The notes: generated by a model not told the origin, from the sequence alone. Positions 34,289 through 45,349 are shown, counted from the stretch's first letter. The stretch: 64,000 bases of DNA from an uncultured Haloferula sp. (GCA_965652295.1 CBFGTS010000010.1:64001-128000), one strand, 5' to 3'. Translations and numbers: made by a program.

Positions 34289-34789
34289 GTGAAATCCTAC
34301 GAAATCTACTCCGCCATCGATCCCTCCGTTGTAAACTCCATGCTGGATTGGTTCCGCGACAACGACCGCAATGTTTACAAAACGGCGGTGGCGACCCTCG
34401 CCCAGTCCCGCAAGCTGCGGCCGGTTTTCGTGCAGAAGAAGCCGCTGCCGGACCAGTATGCGTGGATCCGCAAGACGCTTCAGCTCAAGTCCTCGGAAAC
34501 GATCGGCGAGCATCTGATGCAGGCGTGGTTGATGGCGGGAAACCAGGACATGCTGGCGGCTTACTGTGACGCCATGGGCATTGAGCATGATGGCAAGGGA
34601 TCGGTCACCGGAGCTCTGCCTGACGAGTTGGATGCCGCCAAACTGGACGCCGCGGTCGACTCACTGGTGGAGAAATTCGACCCTGTATTGGTGTCGGTTT
34701 ACCTTCGGTTTTTCAACCTTCAGAAGCCCGGCGGCTGGCCGGCGCTGGAGGCGAAGCTGGAGTCGGACGAGCGATTGAAGCTTGGGTGA
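34289..34789 (+). CDS. Hypothetical protein
   Basis: Good coding bias; GTG start is an estimate. Confidence 0.7.
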   Translation: MKSYEIYSAIDPSVVNSMLDWFRDNDRNVYKTAVATLAQSRKLRPVFVQKKPLPDQYAWIRKTLQLKSSETIGEHLMQAWLMAGNQDMLAAYCDAMGIEHDGKGSVTGALPDELDAAKLDAAVDSLVEKFDPVLVSVYLRFFNLQKPGGWPALEAKLESDERLKLG

Positions 34790-34883
34790 AAACCTCTCCC
34801 ACGTCCTGCCGAAGCAGGTTTTTTCCTGTTTCGGAGTGAACGCTTTGAAAACCTGCATAACACGAACCCGTAGATCGTTTCTC

Positions 34884-35660
34884 ATGAAGTTTCCCACCTG
34901 TCTCTCCGCCCTGCTGTTGCTTTCCGTTTCCGCCTCCGCGGAGGATGGTTGGATTTCCCTTTTCAACGGCCAGAACCTTGACGGCTGGGTCCCGAAGATC
35001 ACCAAGCATCCGCTGGGTGAGAACGCGATGGATACCTTCCGGGTGGAGGATGGGATCCTGAAAGTCGATTACAGCAATTACGGCGGGAGCTTCGACGGGC
35101 AATTCGGACACCTGTATTCGGAACTTTCGTATTCCCACTACATTCTGCGGGTGGAGTACCGCTTTGCGGGCGAGCAGTTGCCGGACGGACCGGGATTCGC
35201 GGTCCAGAACAGCGGGGTGATGTTCCACACGCAGCCGCCGTCGAGCCTGAAGCTGAACCAGGATTTTCCGGTTTCGATGGAGTTCCAATTCCTGGCGGGC
35301 ACCGGAGAGGGTGAGCGATCGACAGCCAATCTCTGCACTCCCGGGACGAATGTCTGGATGGATGGAAAGCTGGTTACGGATCACGTCATTACCTCCTCCG
35401 CTCCGACGTTTTCCCCGGACGAGTGGGTGACGGTGGAGCTGGAAGTTCACGGCGCGGAAGAAGCCATCCACCGGGTGAACGGCAAGGAAGTGCTGCGTTA
35501 CCAGAAACTTGAGTTGGACCCGGCGAACGGAGTGGGGGATGCGCAGGCGCTGCTGAACCGCGGCTTGTCCAAAGAGTTGGCCTACGGCCACATCGCCCTG
35601 CAGTCGGAGAGTCAGCCGGTGTGGTTCCGCAAGATCGAGATCAAGCCGCTGAAGGAGTGA
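34884..35660 (+). CDS. DUF1080 (3-keto-disaccharide hydrolase) family secreted protein
   Basis: GWISLFNGQNLDGW, NSGVMF and GHIALQSE..VWFRKIEIK motifs. Confidence 0.9.
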   Translation: MKFPTCLSALLLLSVSASAEDGWISLFNGQNLDGWVPKITKHPLGENAMDTFRVEDGILKVDYSNYGGSFDGQFGHLYSELSYSHYILRVEYRFAGEQLPDGPGFAVQNSGVMFHTQPPSSLKLNQDFPVSMEFQFLAGTGEGERSTANLCTPGTNVWMDGKLVTDHVITSSAPTFSPDEWVTVELEVHGAEEAIHRVNGKEVLRYQKLELDPANGVGDAQALLNRGLSKELAYGHIALQSESQPVWFRKIEIKPLKE

Positions 35661-35673
35661 ACCCCGGCGGGGC

Positions 35674-36825
35674 TCAGGAGCCGCCGAGCCGGCTGGGCTG
35701 CGAGTACGCGCCCGGATCGTAGAGTCCGGGCTGGGCGGCGGCCCGGGCGAGTTCGCTAGAAGCGTTGGCGATCAGCTCGGGGATGGATTTGCCGGTGTCG
35801 GCGAGGGCGACGAGGAAATCGAACTCGCCGGAGGCTCGCGCGTGGTCATCGGCGAGGCCACAGAAGGCACCGGCGATTTTTCCGTGCCGCCGTGCCATGC
35901 GGACGAGGCAGACAGGGCCCTTGCCGGAGAGGCTCTGGTGATCGATGGAGCCCTCGCCGGTGATGACGATGTCGGCGGCGGTGATGCGGCTTTCCAGCTC
36001 CAGCAGCCGGGCGAGGAGGTCGAAGCCCGGCACGAGGCGGGCACCGGTGAAATGGAGCAACCCGAAGCCGAGGCCGCCCGCCGCGCCCGCGCCGGGGTCG
36101 AGCGAGGCATCCATGGCACCGGTGACTTCGACGAGTCGCCGGAGCGCGGCTTCGAGCTGTGGCCGGGTTTCCTCGGTGGAGCCTTTTTGCTCGGAAAACA
36201 CCGCGGTGGCTCCCTTTTCGCCGAGCAGAGGGTTTTCCACGTCGCAGGCGACGGTGATGGGGGGCAGGGGCGAAACGGCGGAGCCATCGATGCGCGCCAG
36301 ATCCAGAAGGGAAGCGGGGCAAGGCTCGATTTCGTGGCCGGCGGCATCGAGGAAACGGAAGCCAAGAGCGCGGGCCATGCCGCAGCCGCCGTCGTTGGTC
36401 GCACTGCCGCCGATGCCCAGCACGATGCGGTCGACGCCGTGGTGCTGGATCGCATGGAGCATCTGCAGGCCGACGCCCCGGGTGGAGGCGGAAAGGGGAT
36501 CGCGCTCTTCGGCGGTGAGGCGCGAGAGGCCGCAGGTTTCGGCCATTTCAATGACCGCCACGCGGCCTTGGCGGGTATTGGCCAACAAGTAGGTGGACTC
36601 GATCTCGCGTCCAAGGGCATCGACCGAGCAGCAGGAAATCCATCGCCCTTGTAGGGCGGGGGCGAGCGTGCTCATGAAACCCTCGCCGCCATCGGCGATG
36701 GGGCAGAGGTCGAGATCGGCCCCGGGCAGGACGCTGCGGATGCCGGCCGCCATGGCTTCGGCCGCTTGAAGCCCGGTGAGGGCACCTTTGAATTTGTCCG
36801 GGGCGAGGAGAATGCGAACGGGCAT
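35674..36825 (-). CDS. Glycerate kinase
   Basis: LAPDKFKGAL, PIADGGEG, GIGGSATNDGG, GAGAAGGLG and ITGEG..D.QSL.GK motifs. Confidence 0.93.
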   Translation of the reverse strand: MPVRILLAPDKFKGALTGLQAAEAMAAGIRSVLPGADLDLCPIADGGEGFMSTLAPALQGRWISCCSVDALGREIESTYLLANTRQGRVAVIEMAETCGLSRLTAEERDPLSASTRGVGLQMLHAIQHHGVDRIVLGIGGSATNDGGCGMARALGFRFLDAAGHEIEPCPASLLDLARIDGSAVSPLPPITVACDVENPLLGEKGATAVFSEQKGSTEETRPQLEAALRRLVEVTGAMDASLDPGAGAAGGLGFGLLHFTGARLVPGFDLLARLLELESRITAADIVITGEGSIDHQSLSGKGPVCLVRMARRHGKIAGAFCGLADDHARASGEFDFLVALADTGKSIPELIANASSELARAAAQPGLYDPGAYSQPSRLGGS

Positions 36826-36993
36826 GACTGCGATGGGAGCGGGACTACCGATTAAGAAACGGAGATATTGCGGCGAAAAGGTGAAATTCGCATTTTGCGC
36901 GGATTCCATGGGCGCGATGAAATTCCGGTCCCTCTATCACGGTAGATCCTGCGTCCGCCCGCGGGCGGGCGACAACCCGTTTCAAGACCCAAG

Positions 36994-39900
36994 ATGCTCC
37001 GAGTTTTGCTGCTCATTCCCTTGCTGGTAGCTTCGCTGCTGGCCCAGGATTCCACCCCGCGCCGTCTGGAAGTGTTGTTCCTCGGCGACGACCGCGGCCA
37101 CAACCCGATCGAACGCTATCGTTATCTCAAGCAAGCGCTGGGCCCGCGCGGATACAATATCACTTTCACCGAAGATCTTGAGGACATGCGCCGTGAGGTG
37201 CTCGATGGGTACGACGCGCTGCTCGTTTACGCCAACCACGAGCAGGATGTCGTGCCGCCGGCGATTCTGGAGTGGGTGAAGGATGGTGGCGGGCTGGTGG
37301 CGCTGCACAGCGCGTGCGGATGCTTCCACCCCTCGCCGGAGTGGTTCGCGCTGATCGGTGGAAAGTTCAAAAGCCACGAGGGGCACGTCTTTGCTCCGGA
37401 AAACGTCGACAAGCGTCACCCGATCACCAAGGACCTGCCCGTGCTGGAGGCGTGGGATGAAACCTACGTCCATCAGGACCTCGCGGAGGATCGGCACCTG
37501 CTCCAGGTGCGCCCGCCGATCAACGCCGGTGAAACCGAGCCGGAGCCTTGGACCTGGCTGCGGGCGGAGGGCAAGGGCAGGGTTTTCTACACTGCCAGCG
37601 GCCACGATCTGCGGACGTGGAAGGAGCCCGCTTACCACGAGCTGGTTGCGAGGGCGATCGTCTGGGCGGTGGGCGAGCGCAAGGCGCGGATGTTCGCCCA
37701 ATACGAGATGCCCGAGTTGAAGCTTGATGAGCCGAGGGTGCGTGACCGGGCGCATCCGGACATTCCGATGATGCCACTGCAGGAGCCTCTGACGCCGCAT
37801 GGGAGCGCGCGCCACACGCAGGTGCCGGTGGGGACGAGGCTGGAGCTTTTTGCCAGCGAGCCGATGATCGTGAACCCGATCTCCATCGACTGGGATGCCA
37901 AGGGTCGCTGTTGGGTGGTGGAGGCTCTGGGTTATCCCAACGACGTGCCGCTGCGGAAGGGGAGCGGGGAGGATAAGATCAAGATTCTCGAGGACACGAA
38001 CGGAGATGGCAAAGCGGACAAGGTGAAGGTCTTCGCCGACGGCCTGCGACACTGCACGGCCACGATGTTCCACCTCGACGGCGTGATTGCCACCGATGGG
38101 CCCGAGCTGGTGTGGCTGCGCGACAAGAACGGCGACGACAAGGCGGACGAGCGCGTTGTCCTGGCCGAGGGCGTCAACATCGGCGACACCCACGCCTCGG
38201 TCTCGAACCTGATCTACGGCATGGACGGTTGGGTCCATGCGACGGTGGGCTACAGCGGTGTGGACATGGAGGTGGCGGGGCAGAAACAGAAGTTCGGCCA
38301 AGGTGTGTTCCGCTTCCGTCAGGACATGTCGGCGCTCGATTACCTCCAGCCGACGACGAACAACACCTGGGGCATCGGTTTGCTTGAAGACGGCTCGGTT
38401 TTTGGCTCCACGGCGAACAACAACCCGTCGTGGATGGTCTCGATCCCGCAGCGGGTCTATGCGGGCTCCGGCATCGAGCAACCCCGGACGCCGCAGCTCG
38501 ACGACCGGCCGTTCATCTATGCGAACACGAGTGACATCACCCAGGTGGACCAGATCGAGCGCTACACCGCGGCCGCCGGACATTTCTTTTACAATGACAC
38601 CTTGATCGGCCGCGAAGTCCTGCCCAAGGACGCGGCGCTGATCTGTGAACCAACGGGCCACCTCGTGGCCGTGGGCAAGGTCACCGACGCGGGTTCCATC
38701 AAGACGACCAACTTGCGCGGCCAGAACCTCTTCGCCAGCGCGGATGCCTGGAGTTCTCCCGTCTACGCCCGGACCGGGCCGGATGGGGCGGTGTGGATCG
38801 CCGACTGGTACAACCCGATCATCCAGCACAACGTCGTCTTCCGTTTCTGGAACCCGGCCCGCGGCTATGACCAGCCGCACAGTCCGTTTCACACGGGGGA
38901 TCATGGACCGGGGAAAGGCAATGCCTACGTAACGCCCCTCCGCGACCGTGAGCACGGCCGCATCTGGCGCGTGGTGCCGGCGGACAAGCCGGTGCGCAAG
39001 GTGCCCGCCCTTTCGGCGGATGATCCGCTGGAACTCGCGCGACAGCTCAATTCCCCTTCGCAGCTTCTGCGTCTCCAGGCGCAGCGGTTGTTGATCGAAC
39101 GCGGCAAGGAGGACGCCGTGCCGACGCTGTTGTCGTTCCTTCAGCTGAACGTCTCGCCGGAGGGCATCGAGGAGCCCTTGGGAGCGTATCATGCGATCCG
39201 GGTGCTGGCGGCGTTGCCGGGCGAGGAAGCGAAGCAGGCGGTGCGGAGCGCGATGAACCACGTCCATCCCGGGGTGCGTCTGCAAGCGGCGGAGGCGATC
39301 GATCCCAATGACCCGTCAATGGTCGCAGGGTTGGCTCATGTGATCGCCGGAGCGAAGACGCCGCGGGAGCGGCTGAAGGTGTTCACGGTGATCGCCGAGG
39401 CCGGGGAGAACGATGGCGTGGCTCTCGCGCTGTGGCAGGGGGTACGGGGCGGAAGCTTTGCGGACGAGTATGAGCGGCAGGCCGCCACGCTGGCGATGCA
39501 CCGGCAGGGAGGAGCCTTGATCAAAGCGGCGGCATCGCAATTGGCCGGAGCCGACAGCTGGGCGAAAGGCGTGGTCCGCGAAGTCGCCGTGCGGCTTGCT
39601 GGTGCCGAGGTCGATCCCTCGGTCGTCGCGGCCCTCAACGCTTTGCCGGAGCCGGATCGGACGGATCTCATCACCGCGCTGGGCGAAAAGCCCTCGGTGC
39701 AGCCGAAGGCCCCGGTGCTGCCTCCTCATCTCGTGAAGGGGCGGGACCTTTATCAGAAGCTCTGCATCGAGTGCCATCAGGCCGATGGCAAAGGGGTCCC
39801 TCAGACCTTTCCGCCGCTGGTGGGCTCCGAGTGGGTGACCGGGGACCTCGATACGATGGCGCGGATCTTGTTGGGAGGTTTGATGGGGCCGGTGACCGTG

Positions 39901-40116
39901 AAAGGCGAAAAATACGAGAGCGCGATGCCGGGGCACAGCCACAGCCCGGATGAGGATCTGGCGGCGATCGCCAGTTACGTGCGGCACGCCTTTGGAGGCC
40001 TTGAGGAAGATCCGGTGAAGCCCGGGCGCTTTGCCTCGTTGCGCCCGGAGGTGGACGAGCGGAAATTCACGCCGTGGACCGTCGGCGAGCTGGAGGCGGC
40101 GAAAAAACAGCCCTGA
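36994..40116 (+). CDS. ThuA-like domain + PVC-type membrane-bound dehydrogenase propeller + HEAT + cytochrome c protein
   Basis: GGGLVALHSA/GKGRVFYTASGH (ThuA), LFASEPMIVNP..WD..GR, DTNGDGKAD, GPDGAVWIADWY and CIECH heme motif. Confidence 0.88.
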   Translation: MLRVLLLIPLLVASLLAQDSTPRRLEVLFLGDDRGHNPIERYRYLKQALGPRGYNITFTEDLEDMRREVLDGYDALLVYANHEQDVVPPAILEWVKDGGGLVALHSACGCFHPSPEWFALIGGKFKSHEGHVFAPENVDKRHPITKDLPVLEAWDETYVHQDLAEDRHLLQVRPPINAGETEPEPWTWLRAEGKGRVFYTASGHDLRTWKEPAYHELVARAIVWAVGERKARMFAQYEMPELKLDEPRVRDRAHPDIPMMPLQEPLTPHGSARHTQVPVGTRLELFASEPMIVNPISIDWDAKGRCWVVEALGYPNDVPLRKGSGEDKIKILEDTNGDGKADKVKVFADGLRHCTATMFHLDGVIATDGPELVWLRDKNGDDKADERVVLAEGVNIGDTHASVSNLIYGMDGWVHATVGYSGVDMEVAGQKQKFGQGVFRFRQDMSALDYLQPTTNNTWGIGLLEDGSVFGSTANNNPSWMVSIPQRVYAGSGIEQPRTPQLDDRPFIYANTSDITQVDQIERYTAAAGHFFYNDTLIGREVLPKDAALICEPTGHLVAVGKVTDAGSIKTTNLRGQNLFASADAWSSPVYARTGPDGAVWIADWYNPIIQHNVVFRFWNPARGYDQPHSPFHTGDHGPGKGNAYVTPLRDREHGRIWRVVPADKPVRKVPALSADDPLELARQLNSPSQLLRLQAQRLLIERGKEDAVPTLLSFLQLNVSPEGIEEPLGAYHAIRVLAALPGEEAKQAVRSAMNHVHPGVRLQAAEAIDPNDPSMVAGLAHVIAGAKTPRERLKVFTVIAEAGENDGVALALWQGVRGGSFADEYERQAATLAMHRQGGALIKAAASQLAGADSWAKGVVREVAVRLAGAEVDPSVVAALNALPEPDRTDLITALGEKPSVQPKAPVLPPHLVKGRDLYQKLCIECHQADGKGVPQTFPPLVGSEWVTGDLDTMARILLGGLMGPVTVKGEKYESAMPGHSHSPDEDLAAIASYVRHAFGGLEEDPVKPGRFASLRPEVDERKFTPWTVGELEAAKKQP

Positions 40117-40117
40117 G

Positions 40118-40423
40118 TCAGTCCAAGGCGTCGGCCTCTTCCTCCAGGTTGTAGCCTTCCGCCGGAAGTCCGATGAAAGGCAAGGCGCGCCGCGTGAGCA
40201 GTCGGGCGAAGGCCCCGGTGAGACCCGCGACAGCGGTCCAGGCGATCGCTTCTTTCCACGCCACGTCCATGCGGGCTGGGTTGCGTGGCGGGTCGATATG
40301 GGTGACCCGCCGGTAGACGCATCCGGCCCCGGAGCGGGCGAGCTTCGCGGCAATCGCCGGCAGGATGAAGCCCGCGCCGATGGCAGCGGCACGGACGGCA
40401 CGGTTGGAACGGGAAAGGCTCAT
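40118..40423 (-). CDS. DUF4235-like small membrane protein
   Basis: DPPRNP....WKEAIAWTAVAG pattern. Confidence 0.65.
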   Translation of the reverse strand: MSLSRSNRAVRAAAIGAGFILPAIAAKLARSGAGCVYRRVTHIDPPRNPARMDVAWKEAIAWTAVAGLTGAFARLLTRRALPFIGLPAEGYNLEEEADALD

Positions 40424-40470
40424 CGGGAAAAGAGACGCGGCGGCGGGCGCTTCCCGCCGCCGCCGTCTCG

Positions 40471-40653
40471 TCAAAGGATCACCAACAGGGCGTGGATGAA
40501 GCCGGGAAGCCAGAAGAGCAGCGTCAGCACCAGATTGAGAATGAAGGTGCCGTTCAGCCCCTCTTTCAACGCGACCGCGAGGGGCGGAAGGAACACGGCG
40601 ATGATCACAAGCAGGAGTTTGTTGGTGCCGGTCGTGGTGGTCGGAGTAGCCAT
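40471..40653 (-). CDS. YqaE/Pmp3 family small membrane protein
   Basis: IAVFLPPLAV...NLVLTLLFWLPGFIHAL. Confidence 0.9.
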   Translation of the reverse strand: MATPTTTTGTNKLLLVIIAVFLPPLAVALKEGLNGTFILNLVLTLLFWLPGFIHALLVIL

Positions 40654-40680
40654 GGATCTGGGAAGGGTTCGGTTCAAGGA

Positions 40681-40962
40681 TCACTCTTCGGCGGGCTCGG
40701 CCGGCGGCTGGGTGCCCGGAACTTCGTTGTCCTCTTCTTCGGGGAGGTCGACGTCAATGGTCGGCACTTCCACCTCGACCTTCTTGGTGCCGGTTTTCAC
40801 ATCCGGTCCCTCGACATCGTACTTCGGAAGTTTGGTTTCACCTTCCACCTTCACCTCGGGCAGCTCGCCGTCTTCGACTTTGTCGACATCACAAGCTGCG
40901 AATGTCAGCGCGAACGCGGGCACGGTGACGAGGCTAAGGACATGAATCAGTTTCGGTTTCAT
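40681..40962 (-). CDS. Small acidic lipoprotein
   Basis: Lipobox FAAC; CDVDKVEDGELPEV. Confidence 0.75.
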   Translation of the reverse strand: MKPKLIHVLSLVTVPAFALTFAACDVDKVEDGELPEVKVEGETKLPKYDVEGPDVKTGTKKVEVEVPTIDVDLPEEEDNEVPGTQPPAEPAEE

Positions 40963-41138
40963 AACAGCCCCAGGATCCGCAGGCCTCATACCAAACCATG
41001 AAGTCGCTTCGGAAGCGACTGAAGATCAGTGAGATGAAGATCTTATTCGGCTGCTTCAGAAGGCGAAAAAAGTCCCGGTTTCGTGCAATTCAGAAACCCC
41101 GCGGCGGGCAAGTTGCAATTTGCAGACGGGAGCCGGAG

Positions 41139-41951
41139 CTACATCGTCTCGATCAGGATCGCGGTGGTGTTGTCGCGGCCGGATTCGGAAACGGAGTAGT
41201 CGATGAGCCGGCTGACATCGAACTCGCCGCGGGCCATTTCATCGATGCGGCGGTTCCACAATCCATCGCAGAGACCGTCGGAGCAGATCAGGAAGCGATC
41301 GCCCGGCTGCCAGCCGACGCGGCCGATCTGGGGCTCGACTTCCCGGGTTTTCCCACCGAGCACCTGATCCAGCAAGCTGCGCTGCGGATGCGTCCGCGCT
41401 TCTCGTTCGTTGATTTTCCCGCTCCGGAAGAGGCGCCCGACGCGGCTCTGATCTTCCGTGATCTGGATCATTTCGCCGTCCTTCGGCAGGTAGTAGATGC
41501 GGCTGTCGCCGACATGGCCGAAGGCCATCCAGCCGGGCATGAACCAGCACAGGCTGAGCGTGGCACCCATCCCGCGGCACTCGTCGTAGAAACGGCTGAG
41601 CTCCACCAGCGCCTCATGGGTGCGGACGAAAACCTCGCCCAACACGTCGCTGAAGCCCGAGTCGAGACGCGAGGCTCCGAGGGCGAAGTTGGCAGGGAGC
41701 AGGCGGGTGATTTTTTCCACCGCGATCTTGCTGGCGACTTCACCGGCCTTCGCGCCGCCCATGCCGTCGCTGACGGCGAAAACGTAGTCGGCGGACTCCA
41801 TGGTTCCGTGGCCCTCCTTGCCCAGATAGCGGACCTCCCGGGCGTCGAAAGTCAGCGCGAGGAAGGCGTCCTCGTTGTTTTTTCGAAAACGGCCGACATC
41901 CGTGCGACCGGACCAGCGGATCGAGGAATGGCGGGCGTTCGGGCTATCCAT
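41139..41951 (-). CDS. PP2C-family Ser/Thr protein phosphatase
   Basis: TDVGR..NNED, VSDGMGG, HVGDSR, CSDGL and GRDNTT motifs. Confidence 0.93.
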   Translation of the reverse strand: MDSPNARHSSIRWSGRTDVGRFRKNNEDAFLALTFDAREVRYLGKEGHGTMESADYVFAVSDGMGGAKAGEVASKIAVEKITRLLPANFALGASRLDSGFSDVLGEVFVRTHEALVELSRFYDECRGMGATLSLCWFMPGWMAFGHVGDSRIYYLPKDGEMIQITEDQSRVGRLFRSGKINEREARTHPQRSLLDQVLGGKTREVEPQIGRVGWQPGDRFLICSDGLCDGLWNRRIDEMARGEFDVSRLIDYSVSESGRDNTTAILIETM

Positions 41952-42137
41952 GGGGCGGCTGAGAGAGTGCGTTTCCGGCTAATCTCACTCTAGTGAAAAA
42001 TTTTTCGTTTCTCGGTTGCCTGTGGCCCGCTATGTGCTTCCCGCGTGCCCGGAAAGCGCGGCGTCCTCACGCGGATGCCGGGTTTTCCGAGCATCCACGC
42101 GACTCGCGTCAACCAACTATCAAACCAACCAAAAACG

Positions 42138-43151
42138 ATGCCCAAGTTCAAATTGGAGTATATCTGGCTCGACGGCTATCTGCCGGTCCCGAACCTCCGC
42201 GGCAAGACCCAGATCAAGGAATTCGACAGCTTCCCGTCCCTCGAAGAGCTTCCCATGTGGGGCTTTGACGGCAGCTCGACGATGCAAGCGGAAGGGAAAA
42301 GCTCGGATTGCCTGCTCAAGCCGGTGGCGGTTTACCCCGATGCCACCCGCAACAATGGCGCGATCGTGATGTGCGAAGTTCTCCTTCCCGACGGTACGCC
42401 CCATCCGACCAACACCCGTGCGACGATTCCGGATGATCCGGACACCTGGTTCGGTTTCGAGCAGGAATATTTCCTCGTGGAAGATGGTCGTCCCCTCGGT
42501 TTCCCGAAGGGCGGCTGGCCGAACCCGCAGGGCGAATACTACACCGGCGTCGGCTACAAGAACGTCGGTGACGTCGCTCGCCAGATCGTCGAGGAGCACC
42601 TCGACATTTGCCTCGACGCCGGCATCAACCACGAAGGCATCAATGCCGAAGTGGCCAAGGGCCAGTGGGAATTCCAGATCTTCGGCAAGGGCTCGAAGAG
42701 CGCCGCCGACCAAATCTGGGTGGCCCGCTACATCCTTCTCCGCCTCTGCGAAAGCTACGGCGTCGATGTCGACTGGCATTGCAAGCCTCTCAAGGGCGAC
42801 TGGAACGGCTCCGGCATGCACGCGAACTTCTCGACCAAGTTCATGCGCGAAACCGGTGGCGAGGAATACTTCAAGAACCTCATGGCCGCCTTCGAAAAGA
42901 ACCGCGACGAGCACATCGCCGCCTACGGCCCGGACAACCACATGCGTCTGACCGGCCTCCACGAAACCGCTTCGATCGACCAGTTCTCCTGGGGCGTGGC
43001 CGACCGTGGTGCTTCGATCCGGGTGCCGCACAGCTTCATCAACAACGGCTACAAGGGCTATCTGGAAGACCGCCGTCCGAACTCGCAGGGCGACCCCTAT
43101 CAGATCGCCTCGCGCATCCTCAAGACCATCGAGGAAGTCCCGACGGCCTGA
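42138..43151 (+). CDS. glnII: Glutamine synthetase type II
   Basis: LEYIWLDG, WGFDGSST.QAEG, WFGFEQEY, INAEVAKGQWEFQ, DWNGSGMH and YLEDRRP motifs; about 337 aa. Confidence 0.92.
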   Translation: MPKFKLEYIWLDGYLPVPNLRGKTQIKEFDSFPSLEELPMWGFDGSSTMQAEGKSSDCLLKPVAVYPDATRNNGAIVMCEVLLPDGTPHPTNTRATIPDDPDTWFGFEQEYFLVEDGRPLGFPKGGWPNPQGEYYTGVGYKNVGDVARQIVEEHLDICLDAGINHEGINAEVAKGQWEFQIFGKGSKSAADQIWVARYILLRLCESYGVDVDWHCKPLKGDWNGSGMHANFSTKFMRETGGEEYFKNLMAAFEKNRDEHIAAYGPDNHMRLTGLHETASIDQFSWGVADRGASIRVPHSFINNGYKGYLEDRRPNSQGDPYQIASRILKTIEEVPTA

Positions 43152-43181
43152 TCGGATCCCGATTGGCACCGCTGATTCATG

Positions 43182-43220
43182 GAAACCGTCCGTCCCGTTC
43201 CGGGGCGGGCGGTTTTCTTT
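43182..43220 (+). terminator. Intrinsic terminator after glnII
   Basis: GAAACCGTCCGTCCC...GGGGCGGGCGGTTTTC followed by TTT. Confidence 0.75.
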
Positions 43221-43262
43221 CGGGCCGAGAGGAAGGGTGCGCCACGCCTCCGTGGCGGAAGG

Positions 43263-43880
43263 TTATTCTTCCTCCGAGGCGGGGGTGGGATCCTCGGTCG
43301 CCGGTTCCTCGGCAGGAGCTTCGGTTTCCGGCTCGGAGGGTTCTTCGATTTCCGGTTCCGCCTGGGGCAGGCGCCCGCCGCTTTCGAGAAGCTGGATGAC
43401 CTCCTCCTGCACCTTTTCCACCTGATCGAGCGGGATGTTCGGATCGCGGACGAGGAAAGCCTCGCCGGTCTTCCGGTGTTCGTAGACCCGCAGGATGCCA
43501 TCGGGCACCGGTTGGGAGTCGGTTTCACGCAGGAGCTTCTGCCGCTCAAGCATGACGGCGAGGATGTAGCGGACGTTCTCGGTGTGATCCTCGTCTTCCT
43601 CGACCAAGCGTCGGAGGAGGCTCTCGGGATCCTCTTTTTTCATCGGATCTTCCTTCTCTTCATGGACCGGAGCTTCGTAAACGGTGCGCCAGAAGGAGAA
43701 CGGTTGTTCCGCTCCCTCGTCCCGCGCATCCCAGGATGGCAGCGAAAAGTCCTTCCGCAGGTAGCCGGAGGACTCGGGGTCGGGGAAAAGGGCGGTAATG
43801 ATGGGCTCGCCCTCGGTGAAGGGTTCGCCGGAGAGGGAGCAGTGGCGGGCGCGGGAGCGGATGTGCCAGGACTGGAGCAT
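43263..43880 (-). CDS. Hypothetical protein with acidic tail
   Basis: Good coding bias; downstream of the lptF/G gene on the same strand. Confidence 0.75.
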   Translation of the reverse strand: MLQSWHIRSRARHCSLSGEPFTEGEPIITALFPDPESSGYLRKDFSLPSWDARDEGAEQPFSFWRTVYEAPVHEEKEDPMKKEDPESLLRRLVEEDEDHTENVRYILAVMLERQKLLRETDSQPVPDGILRVYEHRKTGEAFLVRDPNIPLDQVEKVQEEVIQLLESGGRLPQAEPEIEEPSEPETEAPAEEPATEDPTPASEEE

Positions 43881-43899
43881 GGTCGGGAAAGGCGGGGGC

Positions 43900-45246
43900 T
43901 CAGGATTCGTCGGGGATCAACCGGCGGATGGTCTGATAGATGGGCCGCCCGGCCAGGCGGCGTTGGAACAGATACACCGCCAGCAGGCCGAAGAGGATGT
44001 TCGGCAACCAAGCAGCAAGGGCCGGTGAAAGATGCCCTGAATCGCCGAGGGTGAGGGCCACGGTGGTGGCGAACATGAGGCCGGCGGAGAGGAACACGGC
44101 GAGAGCCACGCCGCCGGAGGCACCGCGGCGGGAGAACACCACGCCGAGCGGAGTGGCGAGCAGCACCATGATGAGGCAGTTGAAGGGCTGGGCGAAACGA
44201 TGGTGCCACTGGGTCCGGTGGGTGGCTCGGGCCCGGGCGGCGTGGCCCTTTGCCCGGAGCCAGCCGGCGAGCTCCGGAATGCCGAGCTGGTGGGCGGGAA
44301 GGCTTGGCTGGACGATTTCCGCCGGCGTTTCGCGCCAGCCGGTCACAATGTAGGGATCGGGCAGGTCGTGATCGAATTTCGGCGGCTCGCCCATCTCGAT
44401 CTGCCGCCGGACGGGATCGGTGAAAGTCCAGGTGCCGGCAGCGCGGTTCCACGTGGCGGTTTCGGCGATCAAGGTGCTTTTCAGGGTGCCGTCCGGGTTT
44501 TCCTCAATGATCCGGATGCCGCGGAGCGGAGCGCCGAGCATGTAATCGACCGGCACGCTGCGCACCATCCAGGTCCGCCGCACGCGGGGATTCCGGAATG
44601 GTTCGCTGAAGGGCAGCGTTTCATCCAACCCACGGGCCGACTCCAGGATCCGGCGCTCCTTGCCCACCGCGGCGGGAGCCCAGTGGAAATCCAGGCCCAT
44701 GCAGAATAGCGTGGCCAGCAGCCCGGTGATCAGGAAGGGCAGGGTCACCCGCGCGAGGCCGCGCCCGGTCTGGATCATCGCTACGATTTCCCGCGATGAG
44801 GAAAGCCGTCCGAGGCAGAAAAGCAGTGAGAGCAGCAGTGCGTAGGGGATCAGCGTGACGAAGATCTCCGGCATCCGCGCCCCGTAGAGTGCCAGCATCG
44901 TGCCCGCGACGTTGCCGCTGGCTTGGAGTTCCGTGAGGTTGTCCTGGAAATCGACCAGCAGCCAGATGGTCAGCAGGGCGGCGAAGGTGACGGACAGAAG
45001 CCCGAGAAACTGCCGTGTGACGTAGCGCGCCAGCGTGCCGGCGAAGCCGTAGAGAATGGCCGCGACGGCGGGCAGGAGAAACAGCCCGGCGAGCACCACC
45101 GGCCGCAGGCGGTGCGTGCCGACATCCGCATCCGGGAAGCTGGCGAGGTGTTCCGCCACCGCGGTCTGTTCCCGCGGCACCCACAGGGCCGCCGCGGCGA
45201 GGCCGGTGAGGAGCAGGAGGATGCTGGGAAGGAATCGCCGTGGCAT
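43900..45246 (-). CDS. LptF/LptG family LPS export permease
   Basis: [35 protein letters not shown]...LATPLG and LAAWLPNI motifs. Confidence 0.9.
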   Translation of the reverse strand: MPRRFLPSILLLLTGLAAAALWVPREQTAVAEHLASFPDADVGTHRLRPVVLAGLFLLPAVAAILYGFAGTLARYVTRQFLGLLSVTFAALLTIWLLVDFQDNLTELQASGNVAGTMLALYGARMPEIFVTLIPYALLLSLLFCLGRLSSSREIVAMIQTGRGLARVTLPFLITGLLATLFCMGLDFHWAPAAVGKERRILESARGLDETLPFSEPFRNPRVRRTWMVRSVPVDYMLGAPLRGIRIIEENPDGTLKSTLIAETATWNRAAGTWTFTDPVRRQIEMGEPPKFDHDLPDPYIVTGWRETPAEIVQPSLPAHQLGIPELAGWLRAKGHAARARATHRTQWHHRFAQPFNCLIMVLLATPLGVVFSRRGASGGVALAVFLSAGLMFATTVALTLGDSGHLSPALAAWLPNILFGLLAVYLFQRRLAGRPIYQTIRRLIPDES

Positions 45247-45349
45247 GGGTGGTCTCGGCCGCGAAGCATGGATGGATCGCCGCCCTTGTAAAGGTCGCGG
45301 CAACTTCGCGCTTGGATCGCGGGCCGCCCCGGAGCGGAATGACGGCACG

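Noticed and set aside
36982..39285. 767-aa minus-strand ORF
   Set aside because: Antisense shadow of the PVC-type dehydrogenase.
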